In this document: one piece after another, positions 12,147 to 22,802 of the stretch
Position numbering within the stretch: position 1 is the first letter of the stretch
Layout: each line of letters opens with the position of its first letter
Assembly: GCA_043228905.1 (NCBI GenBank)
Contig: JBHGNT010000002.1
Location: forward strand, 25,482,001-25,546,000
DNA length: 64,000 nucleotides
Reading direction: 5' to 3'
Source: Azolla caroliniana
Taxonomy: Eukaryota; Plantae; Polypodiophyta
Notes under the pieces: model-generated
The model's input: the letters and a program-made list of their open reading frames with translations, nothing else
Told to the model about the DNA's origin: nothing
Database searches by the model: none
Translations under genes and position numbers: made by a program

Positions 12147-15113
12147 TCACAAGAGTATCTCCACGGCATCATCGATCTTACCACTTTTGCTAAGAAGATC
12201 TGCCATGTAGTTCTTGTGTTCAATACTCGGATTGATACCATAATCCTTAGACATCATCTCAAAGAATTTCTGGCCTTTCTTGACAAGCTTTGCATATTTA
12301 CATGCATTCAGAACAATAAGGAAAGTGATTCCATCTGGTCGGACCCCTTCTTCTCTCATTTTTTCAAACAAGTGAAGCACGTGTTTGCTCTCTTTTTTCA
12401 TCATATAACCTTTCATTAATGCAGTCCATGTCACATGGTCTCGTGTATGCATTTCATCAAACACCTCCTGAGCATGACCCATGTTCCCAACTCTACAATA
12501 CATATCGATAAGATTGTTCAACAAAGTTATATCGGTTTGTTTGTTCTTTTTATAAATTTGGGCATGGATTTTCCTTCCTTCTCTTTCATGAGTGCAAGCT
12601 TTCAACACGCTCATGAAGGTTACTCTATTGGGCAACAAGCCTTGATTCATCATCTTACCATATAGTTCAAATGTTATATCACTTGATCCCTTCTCAGCAT
12701 ACCCCATAAGTAAAGGACCCCACGAAACAGCCTCGGAGAAAATACCCTCCATTTGCATCTGTTCAAACCTATTTTGGGCATCCTCGATGAATCCACAATC
12801 TACATATCCCGCAATAAGAGATGTCCCTGAGATTATATCCTGAGATGGCATCTCATCAAATATTGCTTGTGCATCCGAAAGTAAGCCACATTTAGCGTAC
12901 ATATCAATCAAGCTATTGCCAATAAAGGGGTCTCTTTCAAGCCCCTCTATTACAATATCATAATGAATTTGCTGCCCTTTGTAAATAGCCTTGATGGTAG
13001 CGCATGCTTTCAAGCTGCATACAAATGTGATGTCATTTGGGGACACTCCTTCTTGCTTCATTTGTTCAAAAAGCATCAATGCTTCTTCACCTTGCCCTTG
13101 ATCGGCATACCCTGAGAGTAATGTTGTCCACGTGACAACATTTTTATTAGGCATCTTTTGAAAGGCTTCAACCGCACCTTCAAGTGACCCACATTGAGTA
13201 TACATGTGGATCAAGCTATTTCCCACAGCTATGTCTCTACCATAGCCTTGTTTGTCAATCTCAGCATGTATTTCTCGGCCTATATCGATGTCAATTGATC
13301 CTCTGTTACTGAAACATTTCAAGAGTGCGAGATATGTTACCGAATCTGGATGTATTCCTTCATTCTTCATCTTTTCTAGACATGTTAACATGTCTTTAGA
13401 AAGTCCTTTTTCAGCAAAAGATACCATAAGTGTGGTCCATGATATCACATCTCGAACTGGCATCTTATCAAACACTTTTTGTGCTTCTGAAACCGAGCCA
13501 CACCGACAATACATATCGATCAACGCATTGCTGACAGCAAGATCTTGCCCACATCCTTCTTTATCAATCTCTGCATGTATCTCTTTACCCTTATCCAATG
13601 CTTTTATAATCCCACAAGCTTTCAAAACACATAGAAAAGTTACCACATTCGGGGGTTTTGCCGCTTTTTTCATCTCATTGTAGCAACTCAAAGCATCATT
13701 ACCAAGTCCATGTTCGACATATCCGGAAATAATAGAATTCCATGACACCTCATCTCGATCAGGCAAGTCATCATCAAACAAGACCCGAGCTTCCAAAAGC
13801 AAACCACATCTGGCATACATGTCCACTAATGCATTGCAAATATAAGGGTCTTTCTCATAGCCCTCTTTTGCAATCTCAGCATGTAGTTCTTGGCCCTTGT
13901 CTAGCTTAGCAATACTAGCACAAGCCTTTAAACCACATATAAGAGTAACATCATTAAAATCAACATGTTGTGATCTCATCTTTTCTAAGCATAAAAGAGC
14001 ATGATGGCCAAGTCCATGTTCAGCATAACCACCTAATAAGGCTGTCCACGAGACAACATCTCGAATTTGAAGCATATCAAAGACCTTTTGGGCATCAAGA
14101 AGGGAACCACATTTTGCATACATGTCCACCAAAATATTCCCGATGAACATATCATTTTCAAGATTCTCTTTGACGATCTCTGTATGCAAATTTTGACCAA
14201 ATTCCAGCTCTTTAAGTTTTGCACAAGCCTTTAGGAGGGCAACATACGTGTGTCGGCTTGGTTTGACACCATTCTCTTGCATTCTTTCAAGCAAAGAAAA
14301 GGCATTCTGTGAGAATCCAGAGTCATTATAACCTTGGATAAGAGAGGTCCACGAATGTTCATTTCGGAATAGTAAACGATCAAACAGTCCTCGAGCCTCA
14401 GATAAACACCCACATTCCACAAGCATAGGAACAAGATGATTTCCAATCACTCTATGGCATTCCATACCGTGCTTTAACAAATGCATATGGATGTGTCTAG
14501 CATGCTTTGGGTTTCTCTTTTTCCTACATTTTTGTAAGATACATACCAAATCTTCCAAAGATGGCAATTCATCGCCATAGCTTTCCAAACACGCAAGGGC
14601 ATCCTCAAATGACAGCATCTCCCAGTTGCCAGCATTATGGTTAAGGTTAGAACTCCCATGATTTTTACAATCATTGGCGTTGAGATTGAGGTTTCCATCA
14701 GTTTCACTAAATTTGGGTTTAGGATTAATGTTTTTATCATCGTTGCAATCATTAGGATTCGGGTTTCCATCAGTTTTACAGCCATTAGAGTTAGGATTTT
14801 CATCATTTTTACAATAATTAGGACTATGGTTTCCATCAGAACTATCATAATCATTAGGGTTAGGCTTATAGTTTATGCTAGAATTAGAATTAGGATTTCC
14901 ACTAGTTTTATAAACAATAGGGTTCCCATCATTTTGATGAGCATTAGGGATTCCATCACAGGTGAAAGGAGCCCCATTACCTGTCATTACAGACGGAGGG
15001 TCTGCATATTGTTTCCTCCATTGCCGACATGTGATGTTTCCATGGATCCTTCCTCTGTTTGCAAAGCAACCCATCTCAGGGAAATGGCCATGGTGGTAAG
15101 TGATCCTATCCAT
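12147..15113 (-). CDS. PLS-class pentatricopeptide repeat protein (988 aa) with Asn-rich N-terminal repeats, ending after the S2 motif (no E/DYW)
   Basis: Single long ORF with repeated P-L-S triplets (GNILVDMYAKCG, DVVSWTALL, TFVCSLKACA); terminal P2-L2-S2 (PDGITFLIVLNAC..GINPSIEHKNYMADLLSKSG) followed by TGA. Confidence 0.93.
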   Translation of the reverse strand: MDRITYHHGHFPEMGCFANRGRIHGNITCRQWRKQYADPPSVMTGNGAPFTCDGIPNAHQNDGNPIVYKTSGNPNSNSSINYKPNPNDYDSSDGNHSPNYCKNDENPNSNGCKTDGNPNPNDCNDDKNINPKPKFSETDGNLNLNANDCKNHGSSNLNHNAGNWEMLSFEDALACLESYGDELPSLEDLVCILQKCRKKRNPKHARHIHMHLLKHGMECHRVIGNHLVPMLVECGCLSEARGLFDRLLFRNEHSWTSLIQGYNDSGFSQNAFSLLERMQENGVKPSRHTYVALLKACAKLKELEFGQNLHTEIVKENLENDMFIGNILVDMYAKCGSLLDAQKVFDMLQIRDVVSWTALLGGYAEHGLGHHALLCLEKMRSQHVDFNDVTLICGLKACASIAKLDKGQELHAEIAKEGYEKDPYICNALVDMYARCGLLLEARVLFDDDLPDRDEVSWNSIISGYVEHGLGNDALSCYNEMKKAAKPPNVVTFLCVLKACGIIKALDKGKEIHAEIDKEGCGQDLAVSNALIDMYCRCGSVSEAQKVFDKMPVRDVISWTTLMVSFAEKGLSKDMLTCLEKMKNEGIHPDSVTYLALLKCFSNRGSIDIDIGREIHAEIDKQGYGRDIAVGNSLIHMYTQCGSLEGAVEAFQKMPNKNVVTWTTLLSGYADQGQGEEALMLFEQMKQEGVSPNDITFVCSLKACATIKAIYKGQQIHYDIVIEGLERDPFIGNSLIDMYAKCGLLSDAQAIFDEMPSQDIISGTSLIAGYVDCGFIEDAQNRFEQMQMEGIFSEAVSWGPLLMGYAEKGSSDITFELYGKMMNQGLLPNRVTFMSVLKACTHEREGRKIHAQIYKKNKQTDITLLNNLIDMYCRVGNMGHAQEVFDEMHTRDHVTWTALMKGYMMKKESKHVLHLFEKMREEGVRPDGITFLIVLNACKYAKLVKKGQKFFEMMSKDYGINPSIEHKNYMADLLSKSGKIDDAVEILL

Positions 15114-16463
15114 TAGTGGCTCTGCTCAAGAGGACCCAGCCATTTTCCTGTAGTACATAGTTGATTGACTGGATTGGCTTCCAAAAGGATAGCATACATG
15201 GATACATCACCATACTCTCACATATACATACATACATAATACATATATACGTATATATATGTATATACACACATACATACATGTAAGAATATATACATGT
15301 ATTATGTATATATTTTTACATGTATATGTGTAATATATGTATGTATATGTGTGCGTGTGTGTGACACAGTGTGTGTGTGTGTGTCACGATGAATGTTTTA
15401 TTATACATGTATGGCACGACGAGCATGCTTCTTTGCATTGTGCCTCATGGAAGAAACCTGTGTTTTCGTTTGATGGTTTAGATACGCCAATAAATGAGGG
15501 CAATCTTTCACATCAATTCCAAGTGGAAGGAGCTACACAACCATCTTCGATTTCGCATTTTCCAAAGTATATAGGATAGGTTTTTACATTATGCAATTGC
15601 ACATTAGGTTGTTATAGATCCAATTGTCCTAAGACGGTTTATACTAGTGTCACTTCTTTGCATTTCAATCTAGTTGTTACTCAATTGGACTAAGCAGTTC
15701 AAATCATAATAAACATAATATGAAGTATTGCAAACTATATGAGAAGCCACCTGACTTGTCAAACTTGTTGTCAAAGACTTATTATGACCCATTAATCATG
15801 AGGGTTACAAGATTTACATATCAAATCCCAATTATACACATGCAACGATATTACCAACATGTGTACTTTGAAATATATTTTTCGATTCTCTACGTGAATG
15901 TCAAAAAGGCCCAACAAATGATGATGTGAGCTCAAAACATGATATCATCATTAGTAGAATGGATCATGCTACATTTGAGAGTATCTTAGGCTTTAGCACT
16001 CGTACACATCAAACTCCTATGCTAAAAAATGAGACTCCAAGTAGCCTGATGTATCATCAATTCGATTAAACGATTGGGATGCATCAATGTGCGTGTTATG
16101 AAATGGTTGTAGACTATCAAACTCAAATAACGCATCCCTTGAAAGTGAGTGTATTTGTGGTGAATTTGTGGTTACATCCCTAAAAAATAAATACAAATAT
16201 TGTTAGCATACTATCATATACCATCATCTTGTCAATGTTCGAGCACACGCAATTCCATACACTGTGAACCAACAAAATGAAAAAAAATGTCTGCTTACTC
16301 TATTTTGACGCCATTTGATATGATTTCATTGAGTGAGTCACAAGGCTTGGCATTTGTACGAGATGATTGTAGCAGTTGATCATTTGCCCTTCATTGTCCC
16401 CAACAATTATTTAATACAAATCTTCTCACACTACTAAGCTATTACCACATCAAACTCACAAAC

Positions 16464-18399
16464 TTACATTGGTTTAATTCCGCTTGAAACAATTTCGTCT
16501 AATGAGTACGAAGGTTTCAAATTTGTCTGGAGTGATTGCAACAAAGAGTAGCTTTCATCATTTGCTCTACATCTATTGAAAGGTATTTAAAATCCAGAAC
16601 CAAAATGAAGTTTAGTCAAATAGGGTTAGGCACATGCTTAACTTACTGTTTCTCTTTAACATGATACAGACGAGTACGACTTCACCCAATATTTTAAAAT
16701 TAAGCAAAGAGGGTGAGGGGAACACAATGTGTATAACGACGATTCACGTTATGCATAATCTAGCTATATGCCAAACTACATTTTAACAAAAGTTTGTGAT
16801 TAATACCTTACTCAAATATTTACAAATACGATGAAAATTAAATACTTAATCATACTCTTCTTGTAGTTTTAATGGGAGGCAATCACTAGGATCCATATTA
16901 AATGTTGGAAATTGTGTTGGAGGTAGTAAGGAGTGACCATATCCATATGCCATCTACAAATCCAACAAGCTATTTACAGGTCAAAGGGAATTTTTTATCA
17001 ACAAATGGATGGAGGTGCCTAGTAGCCATAAAACATACCTTCCAATTTCTAATTATCTCTAGTTGAGTCAAAATGTAATGTTCCATCAAAATAAATTGTT
17101 CTGGAGATAATGAGGTGGTCGCTATGTTACTTTCATAAACACTGCAAAAAATCAAAGATAAAATATTTGTGATAACATTATTACTAACTTAATATAATGA
17201 TGGGAGTTTTATAAGCCGCGAATACCTTAAACAACATTTCACTTGAGCTTGTTCTTGAAGAGATTGTTGCATGCGTCCTTGGAAATCCTACATAATGTGA
17301 CTTATCATATTTAGATTTGACAAATAAAGAATCAACAAGAAACTAGAAGTACGTATATTTTCCAACTTACCACGTGAGGCACCCTTTTGCACGCAAGATC
17401 CGAGTGTGCTTTGTGAGATATTTGATTAACATACACAAAGTTAAGCACCACACACTCATTTTTAAACAATGTTAAGACCAAGGAAGCATAAGTTGGTTCT
17501 ACATATTTTTCTAGTATCAAAACTCTTATGTTTCTTATGCTTGTCCACGATGTAAATAGTCGAAGTGGATAAAATCAGCGTTAAAAAGTATGTAAGAAAT
17601 TAGATTAAATACCTTTCTACTCGAGGCATTGTTGACATACGCGCTTGTTTGAGCTTGCAAGCTGCTTGTTTCAACATCTATATATTTTCGCCATTAAGTT
17701 AGCATAACCTTTTTCATAGTATTGTTTAGTCAATGATATAGGTACTCACATCCTCGTCCTCGATCTTTCTTGAGAGACCTCCTTCAATCGACAACTTCCG
17801 AGATTGACTATATGGCATAAAATAACCAAAAACTTCGCTTCAGATTATAAACTCTCTCCCTCCCCCTCTATAAACACAACTCACTTTCTCTATTCATTGC
17901 AAATGCATACAATTATGTTATCGCATTTGAATTCTCTATAACACATGCATGTGCTATACGTTGAAGTTGATGAGGGCCTTCCATGTAAATAATATATGTT
18001 CCTATGCATGCATGAATTAGAATTAGGCTTCTCATACCCTCTTGCTCGTTCTTGTTCGTCCAACGTTGTGAATCGAGCAATCACATCCTCAATAGGACTA
18101 GAGAAAACATGAATCAAGCATGAAAAAGATTAACATATTGCCACCAAATGGTTCACACATTATATTTATTACTATGGTTGAGTGTAGTAGCTTTGGTAAT
18201 GGATGGCACCTTACCTTCGTAGTCCCTCAAAGTAAGTAAGTTCTCCTACGGGAGAAAAAAGAATCAAGGCTATGTCTACATCACAAAGAATGGAGAGCTC
18301 ATAAGCTTTTTTCAAAAATCCCGCTCTTCGCTTCTTAAATGTGACTCGCCTATTCGAATCCTTCTCAATTCGTTGAATGGGAATAGAACGTCTCCCCAT
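16464..18399 (-). CDS. MIKC*-type MADS-box transcription factor (many short exons)
   Basis: 185-nt MADS exon 18215-18399 ([45 protein letters not shown]); exon 18038-18097 ([13 protein letters not shown] hallmark); further GT-AG exons 17750-17807, 17613-17677, 17226-17287 ([13 protein letters not shown]), 17039-17141 (K-like ..[16 protein letters not shown]), 16856-16953, 16464-16572. One or two micro-exons near 17370-17500 are needed to keep phase; the 3' end is less certain. Confidence 0.85.
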
Positions 18400-19456
18400 G
18401 TTGCAAGATTTTTCAAATATTAGCTATACTTTGTATTGAGTTTCGAGTTGATAATCTGTAAAAAAAAAAACATAGTAATGATAACAAAAAATAAGAAGGA
18501 AAAAACTATGAAATTGATGGGAATAAGTAAAAAATCCTCTCTCTCATCTATGGGTTATGAAGTGGCCAAGAGTGTGAGATCATCTATATTATGTGCTTGT
18601 GTTGTATCAGTCAATGACAATGCTATCTACATCTAAATATGGCTTAAATTTTTTCACGTCATGGGATGAATCGTGTTCAGAGAAGGCACAAAAGGAATGT
18701 TCTAAACACTAATTCAATTGTAGTAATGTTTGGTACATAAAATTAGAGAAGTTTGGGACTATCTTAGTAGTTGTTTATGATAAACCACCATTGAATTTGT
18801 TATAAAGTAGCACATGTCCAACGCCCATACATAGCTCAATCATTCAATTTGCGAGCGTTAAGTTCATCATAGGCATACCCCCAATGATGAGATAGTGTAA
18901 TTCGACATCCATGCCATATCTTGAGGCATGGATGGAAGAATATTGACAAGGATTTACTACCAATTGTTGTTTTTCTTCTTGTCCCAAAATTTATCGCATT
19001 AGAGACATTTTACAGAGGAAAAAGACATATAATCCCCTTACGCCCACAAGTTTTAAAACAAAAACATCATATGGCACAAGTTTAGACTCTCTCTAAGTCT
19101 ACACCTAAATTACTAGCTTTTCCACTATCAACACAAGTTTTACAAATTTGCACTTGACATTAACGACCAATGCAAAAGATATACGACAACAACGAAAATA
19201 GTTATACCAACACATGAGGGGGCATGTGAGCTAAGGCACTTGTGAAGTGACATGTTGGCATCAAGAACTACCAAAATAATTATCTTTGTTTTGTTTGTGT
19301 ATGGCAAATTCCTCAAGCAATTCCTAGTGTGTAACAAATAAATGAGTTCTTCAAAGTGATTAAAGAGAATATAGTGGATTGAATGAAGTAAATCTATCTA
19401 TCTATATTTATATCAAACCTATAGACTTAACAATTCATCCATAATATTTAAAACCA

Positions 19457-19459
<3 letters not shown>

Positions 19460-19517
<58 letters not shown>
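19460..19517. repeat. (CT)n microsatellite
   Basis: Perfect CT run. Confidence 0.95.
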
Positions 19518-19518
<1 letters not shown>

Positions 19519-20591
19519 GTTGCTAATATTATCACCTTGTTGGTACAAAATTGACTTCCTCGTAAAAACTTCAATCAATCTACAATTAATTAACTGATTA
19601 AATAGATAGGTAGAAGATATGTAGGTAAGTACTAAGTAGATAGATAAAAAAAAGAGGGAGAGAAGATTAAAACAAATTAATAGTTAATGAGTTATTAATG
19701 TAGGGCTAATCAACACTGGGGTGTGGTACTTCTCCTCCTCTGCTTAATTTTGTAGAAGAGATCCCATCGGTAGTAGTAGTGTACATGATGATCTCTCATG
19801 GATCAAATTGTAAGCACACACCAATACACTAGAGATACTAAGATGGAGCAACCTAACCATAGCAAACCTTCTTAAGGTGATGACCATCATCAATATAATA
19901 GCAACGAGCATCTCCATAGCTAAAGTGGATATCATCTCCACAACACAATCAAAGAAGAAGAAGAGATAATCTCTTTGCAGAAGCAATATGTGGTGATGAT
20001 GATGTTATGGGGTCATCATGGATGAATCTTCTTCATACATATGAATCATTGATGATGATTGTATGGATTATGGGCATGTATGAGGGCCAATCAAAGAAGC
20101 ATGAAGGAAGTATGCAACATATTAGATGTAGCATATGATTGAATTGCATGAAGAGGAGGCTCTCGTTATGACCAAAAATATGTGTGTTTGGTATTTATAT
20201 ATTACACACATAAAAGTTTGTCACCTTTTTTTTTCGTTTTTGGGTGCTAAAAATAAAGGTGTAATTTGCTTTCCGAAAAGCTATCCTTTTCTTTGCCTCT
20301 CGTTTTCACACTTGTCCGCCCAAATGAAATATATTCCCCCCCCCCCCCCCCCCAACAAAAAAAAAAGGTCGAAATGTTGTGTTTCATTTAGGAATTCTTC
20401 TTCTTCTTCTTGATTCCACCATAATATAATGTTCCCCTTGGTATCACACACACACACAAGCCATTCATTTTTTCATAAGAGTGACCCCTTTACACGTCCG
20501 GCTTCTTCTGCTTAGAAGTTATTGATCGTGGTTTCTATGTTAATGTTACCTAGCCAAACGAATGTGAAAATGAACTATTGTTCAATAGCAA

Positions 20592-21075
20592 GCGTGTGTG
20601 TGTGTGGGGGGGTGGGTGGGTGTGAATTTGAATGCAATTGTAAGCATAAGTATGAAGTGTGACTAAATGTTCACATTACATCATTTTTTTCTAATAAGGT
20701 TAAGTTGGTTCAAGTTGATGTTAAGGTTTTAATAGGGTGTTGATTTCGTGTTAAGGTTACAACAATCAATAATATTCAATTGCAAATGTGTGTGCGTGTG
20801 AATTTGAATGCAATTGTAAGCATAACTATGAAGCGTGACTAAACGTTCACATTGCATCCTTTTTTGTAATAAGGTTCAGTTGGTTTAAGTTGATGTTAAG
20901 TATTAGGGTGTCGAGTTCATGTTAAGGTTACGACAGTCAATAATATTGTTGCAACTAATGAATAAGGTAAGCATAATAACACTTTTCAAAATATTAGTGT
21001 TTTAAGCCAATGCTTGAGGTTTTAATAGGATTTAAAGTTCAAGTTAAGGTTACAATAATTAATGATATTGTTACA
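20592..21075. repeat. Degenerate ~175-bp tandem duplication (2 copies plus a partial third)
   Basis: GTGAATTTGAATGCAATTGTAAGCATAA...GTTAAGGTTAC..CAATAATATT recurs at ~20622 and ~20798; partial third copy ~20960-21075. Confidence 0.8.
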
Positions 21076-22160
21076 TATAATAGTACTTTCCAAAAGATGG
21101 GAGTGTTTTAAGTCAATATTTTGATGCACAATTTACACCTTCACAACTTCACAACGAGATGGGCTACTACATACATCATCTATGAAAAGGGTGCATTTTA
21201 TGGATAATCAACAATGAGTTTTTTAAATGTTAATGTTACAAGTGGAAGTTATTGCTAGTCCTAATGCAAATACTTACGTTGCATGAAATATCTAGGTTAA
21301 AATTAGTATCTCAACTCCTTACTCCATCCCTTACTATTATTCAAATAGGGATCCCATGTATGGCCAATATTTTCCATTTCGCTTTAGAGCATTGAAGGGA
21401 GCATGGCAACTTTACTTACTTTGTTTCAATTAGTGACGATTCGAAGGAGTAATGGTGACCAAGAAAGAAAGATATATTAACGTCTTCTAGTGATAGAGAT
21501 ATTCAAGGATAATTGATCCTACACTACTACCGGCTACAAGACCCATTCTTGTAACGTGTTTGGAAAATGTTGTGAAAGAAGGCACTTACACCCCTTCATT
21601 AATATTATCCTTTAAGGGTGGTTAAATACTTTGACCTTGATGTGCATTTAAGCAAATAGCAAAATATGTACAAACATTTTGTTTGTTACATTGTTTTGTT
21701 CATCATTACTCTATTTCTCTCGTGTGATCCTCATGTAGGCATTACGCTTCACACCAAGCATATAAGCTCGATACTTTGACCAATCTCATCATTGTTTTGG
21801 ATTATTTCTTTGATGGTTTTGGTTTATTTCATTGACTTTTGTATCATTATAATGCGATATTACATCAAATCTTGTCAAGAGATGAGGCCAAATGTGAGAA
21901 TACTACGTAGAACAATTCAGAATCAAGACAACACAAAAATACGTGATAAGATAAAGGTACAATATTCTCTCTCTTGAAGAAAAGAATCTTAACATCACAT
22001 CCAAAGAATAAGGAAAGAGACATTTCATAACAAAATGTAAACCGACAAGGTTATGCAAAACTGGTACATAGAAAACAAGCACACCATAATGTCGAAAACT
22101 TCTGTATCCTTCCGGGATTAAGTACATCCGGGAAAAGTGTACTTAATCGCAGTTTCAAAT

Positions 22161-22162
<2 letters not shown>

Positions 22163-22231
<69 letters not shown>
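22163..22231. repeat. Compound (AT)n(ATGT)n microsatellite
   Basis: Directly visible; flanked by a duplicated GAAAAGTGTAC..CAGTTTCAA segment. Confidence 0.9.
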
Positions 22232-22235
<4 letters not shown>

Positions 22236-22802
22236 CAATAACTTCCAAGAAAAGTGTACATAAATACAGTTTCAAGTTGAAATATTTATTGATGCGATGC
22301 CTTTACAGTACCAAGTTAACATATCAAGGAATTGTATGTGCATTAGATGAATATATTACTCTCCAAAAAGAAGCATGAGATGACCAAAAAGGAAAGACTC
22401 GGATAGCATGGAATGCTTGAATAGGATGTCAAACCTTATGGAAAGAAAACATTTACAATGAGCTTCCCATTCCATGTTACTTCATGCAGGAAACCAAAAC
22501 AATCTACACAAATGATCGGGAATGTACAAGGCAAAACAAATTTTCTTTTAACTCGGTGAGGTGAGAGATGATTGTGGGAAGAGAGGACCTTCCCAATTAT
22601 TGAATTTATATCATCATAATATGATATGATATGATATTCCCACACATTATTGTGTCGTTCAATATTTGCACTATTTTGAACTTCTTTTTACCACTTGTTG
22701 AAAACAAAGCTCACTATCTCCATATAAGAATGCCGTTCCAGACTGGTCAAAAAATGTGGCGCGCCACCTCCTCCGAAATTTAAGGTGGCATCAATTAAAT
22801 AA

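Noticed and set aside
14474-15116. Alternative-frame and antisense ORFs over the PPR N-terminus
   Set aside because: Shadow frames of the Asn-rich repeat
21390-21403. ATTGAAGGGAGC partial match to miR159/319
   Set aside because: Only 12 nt match and no complementary arm nearby
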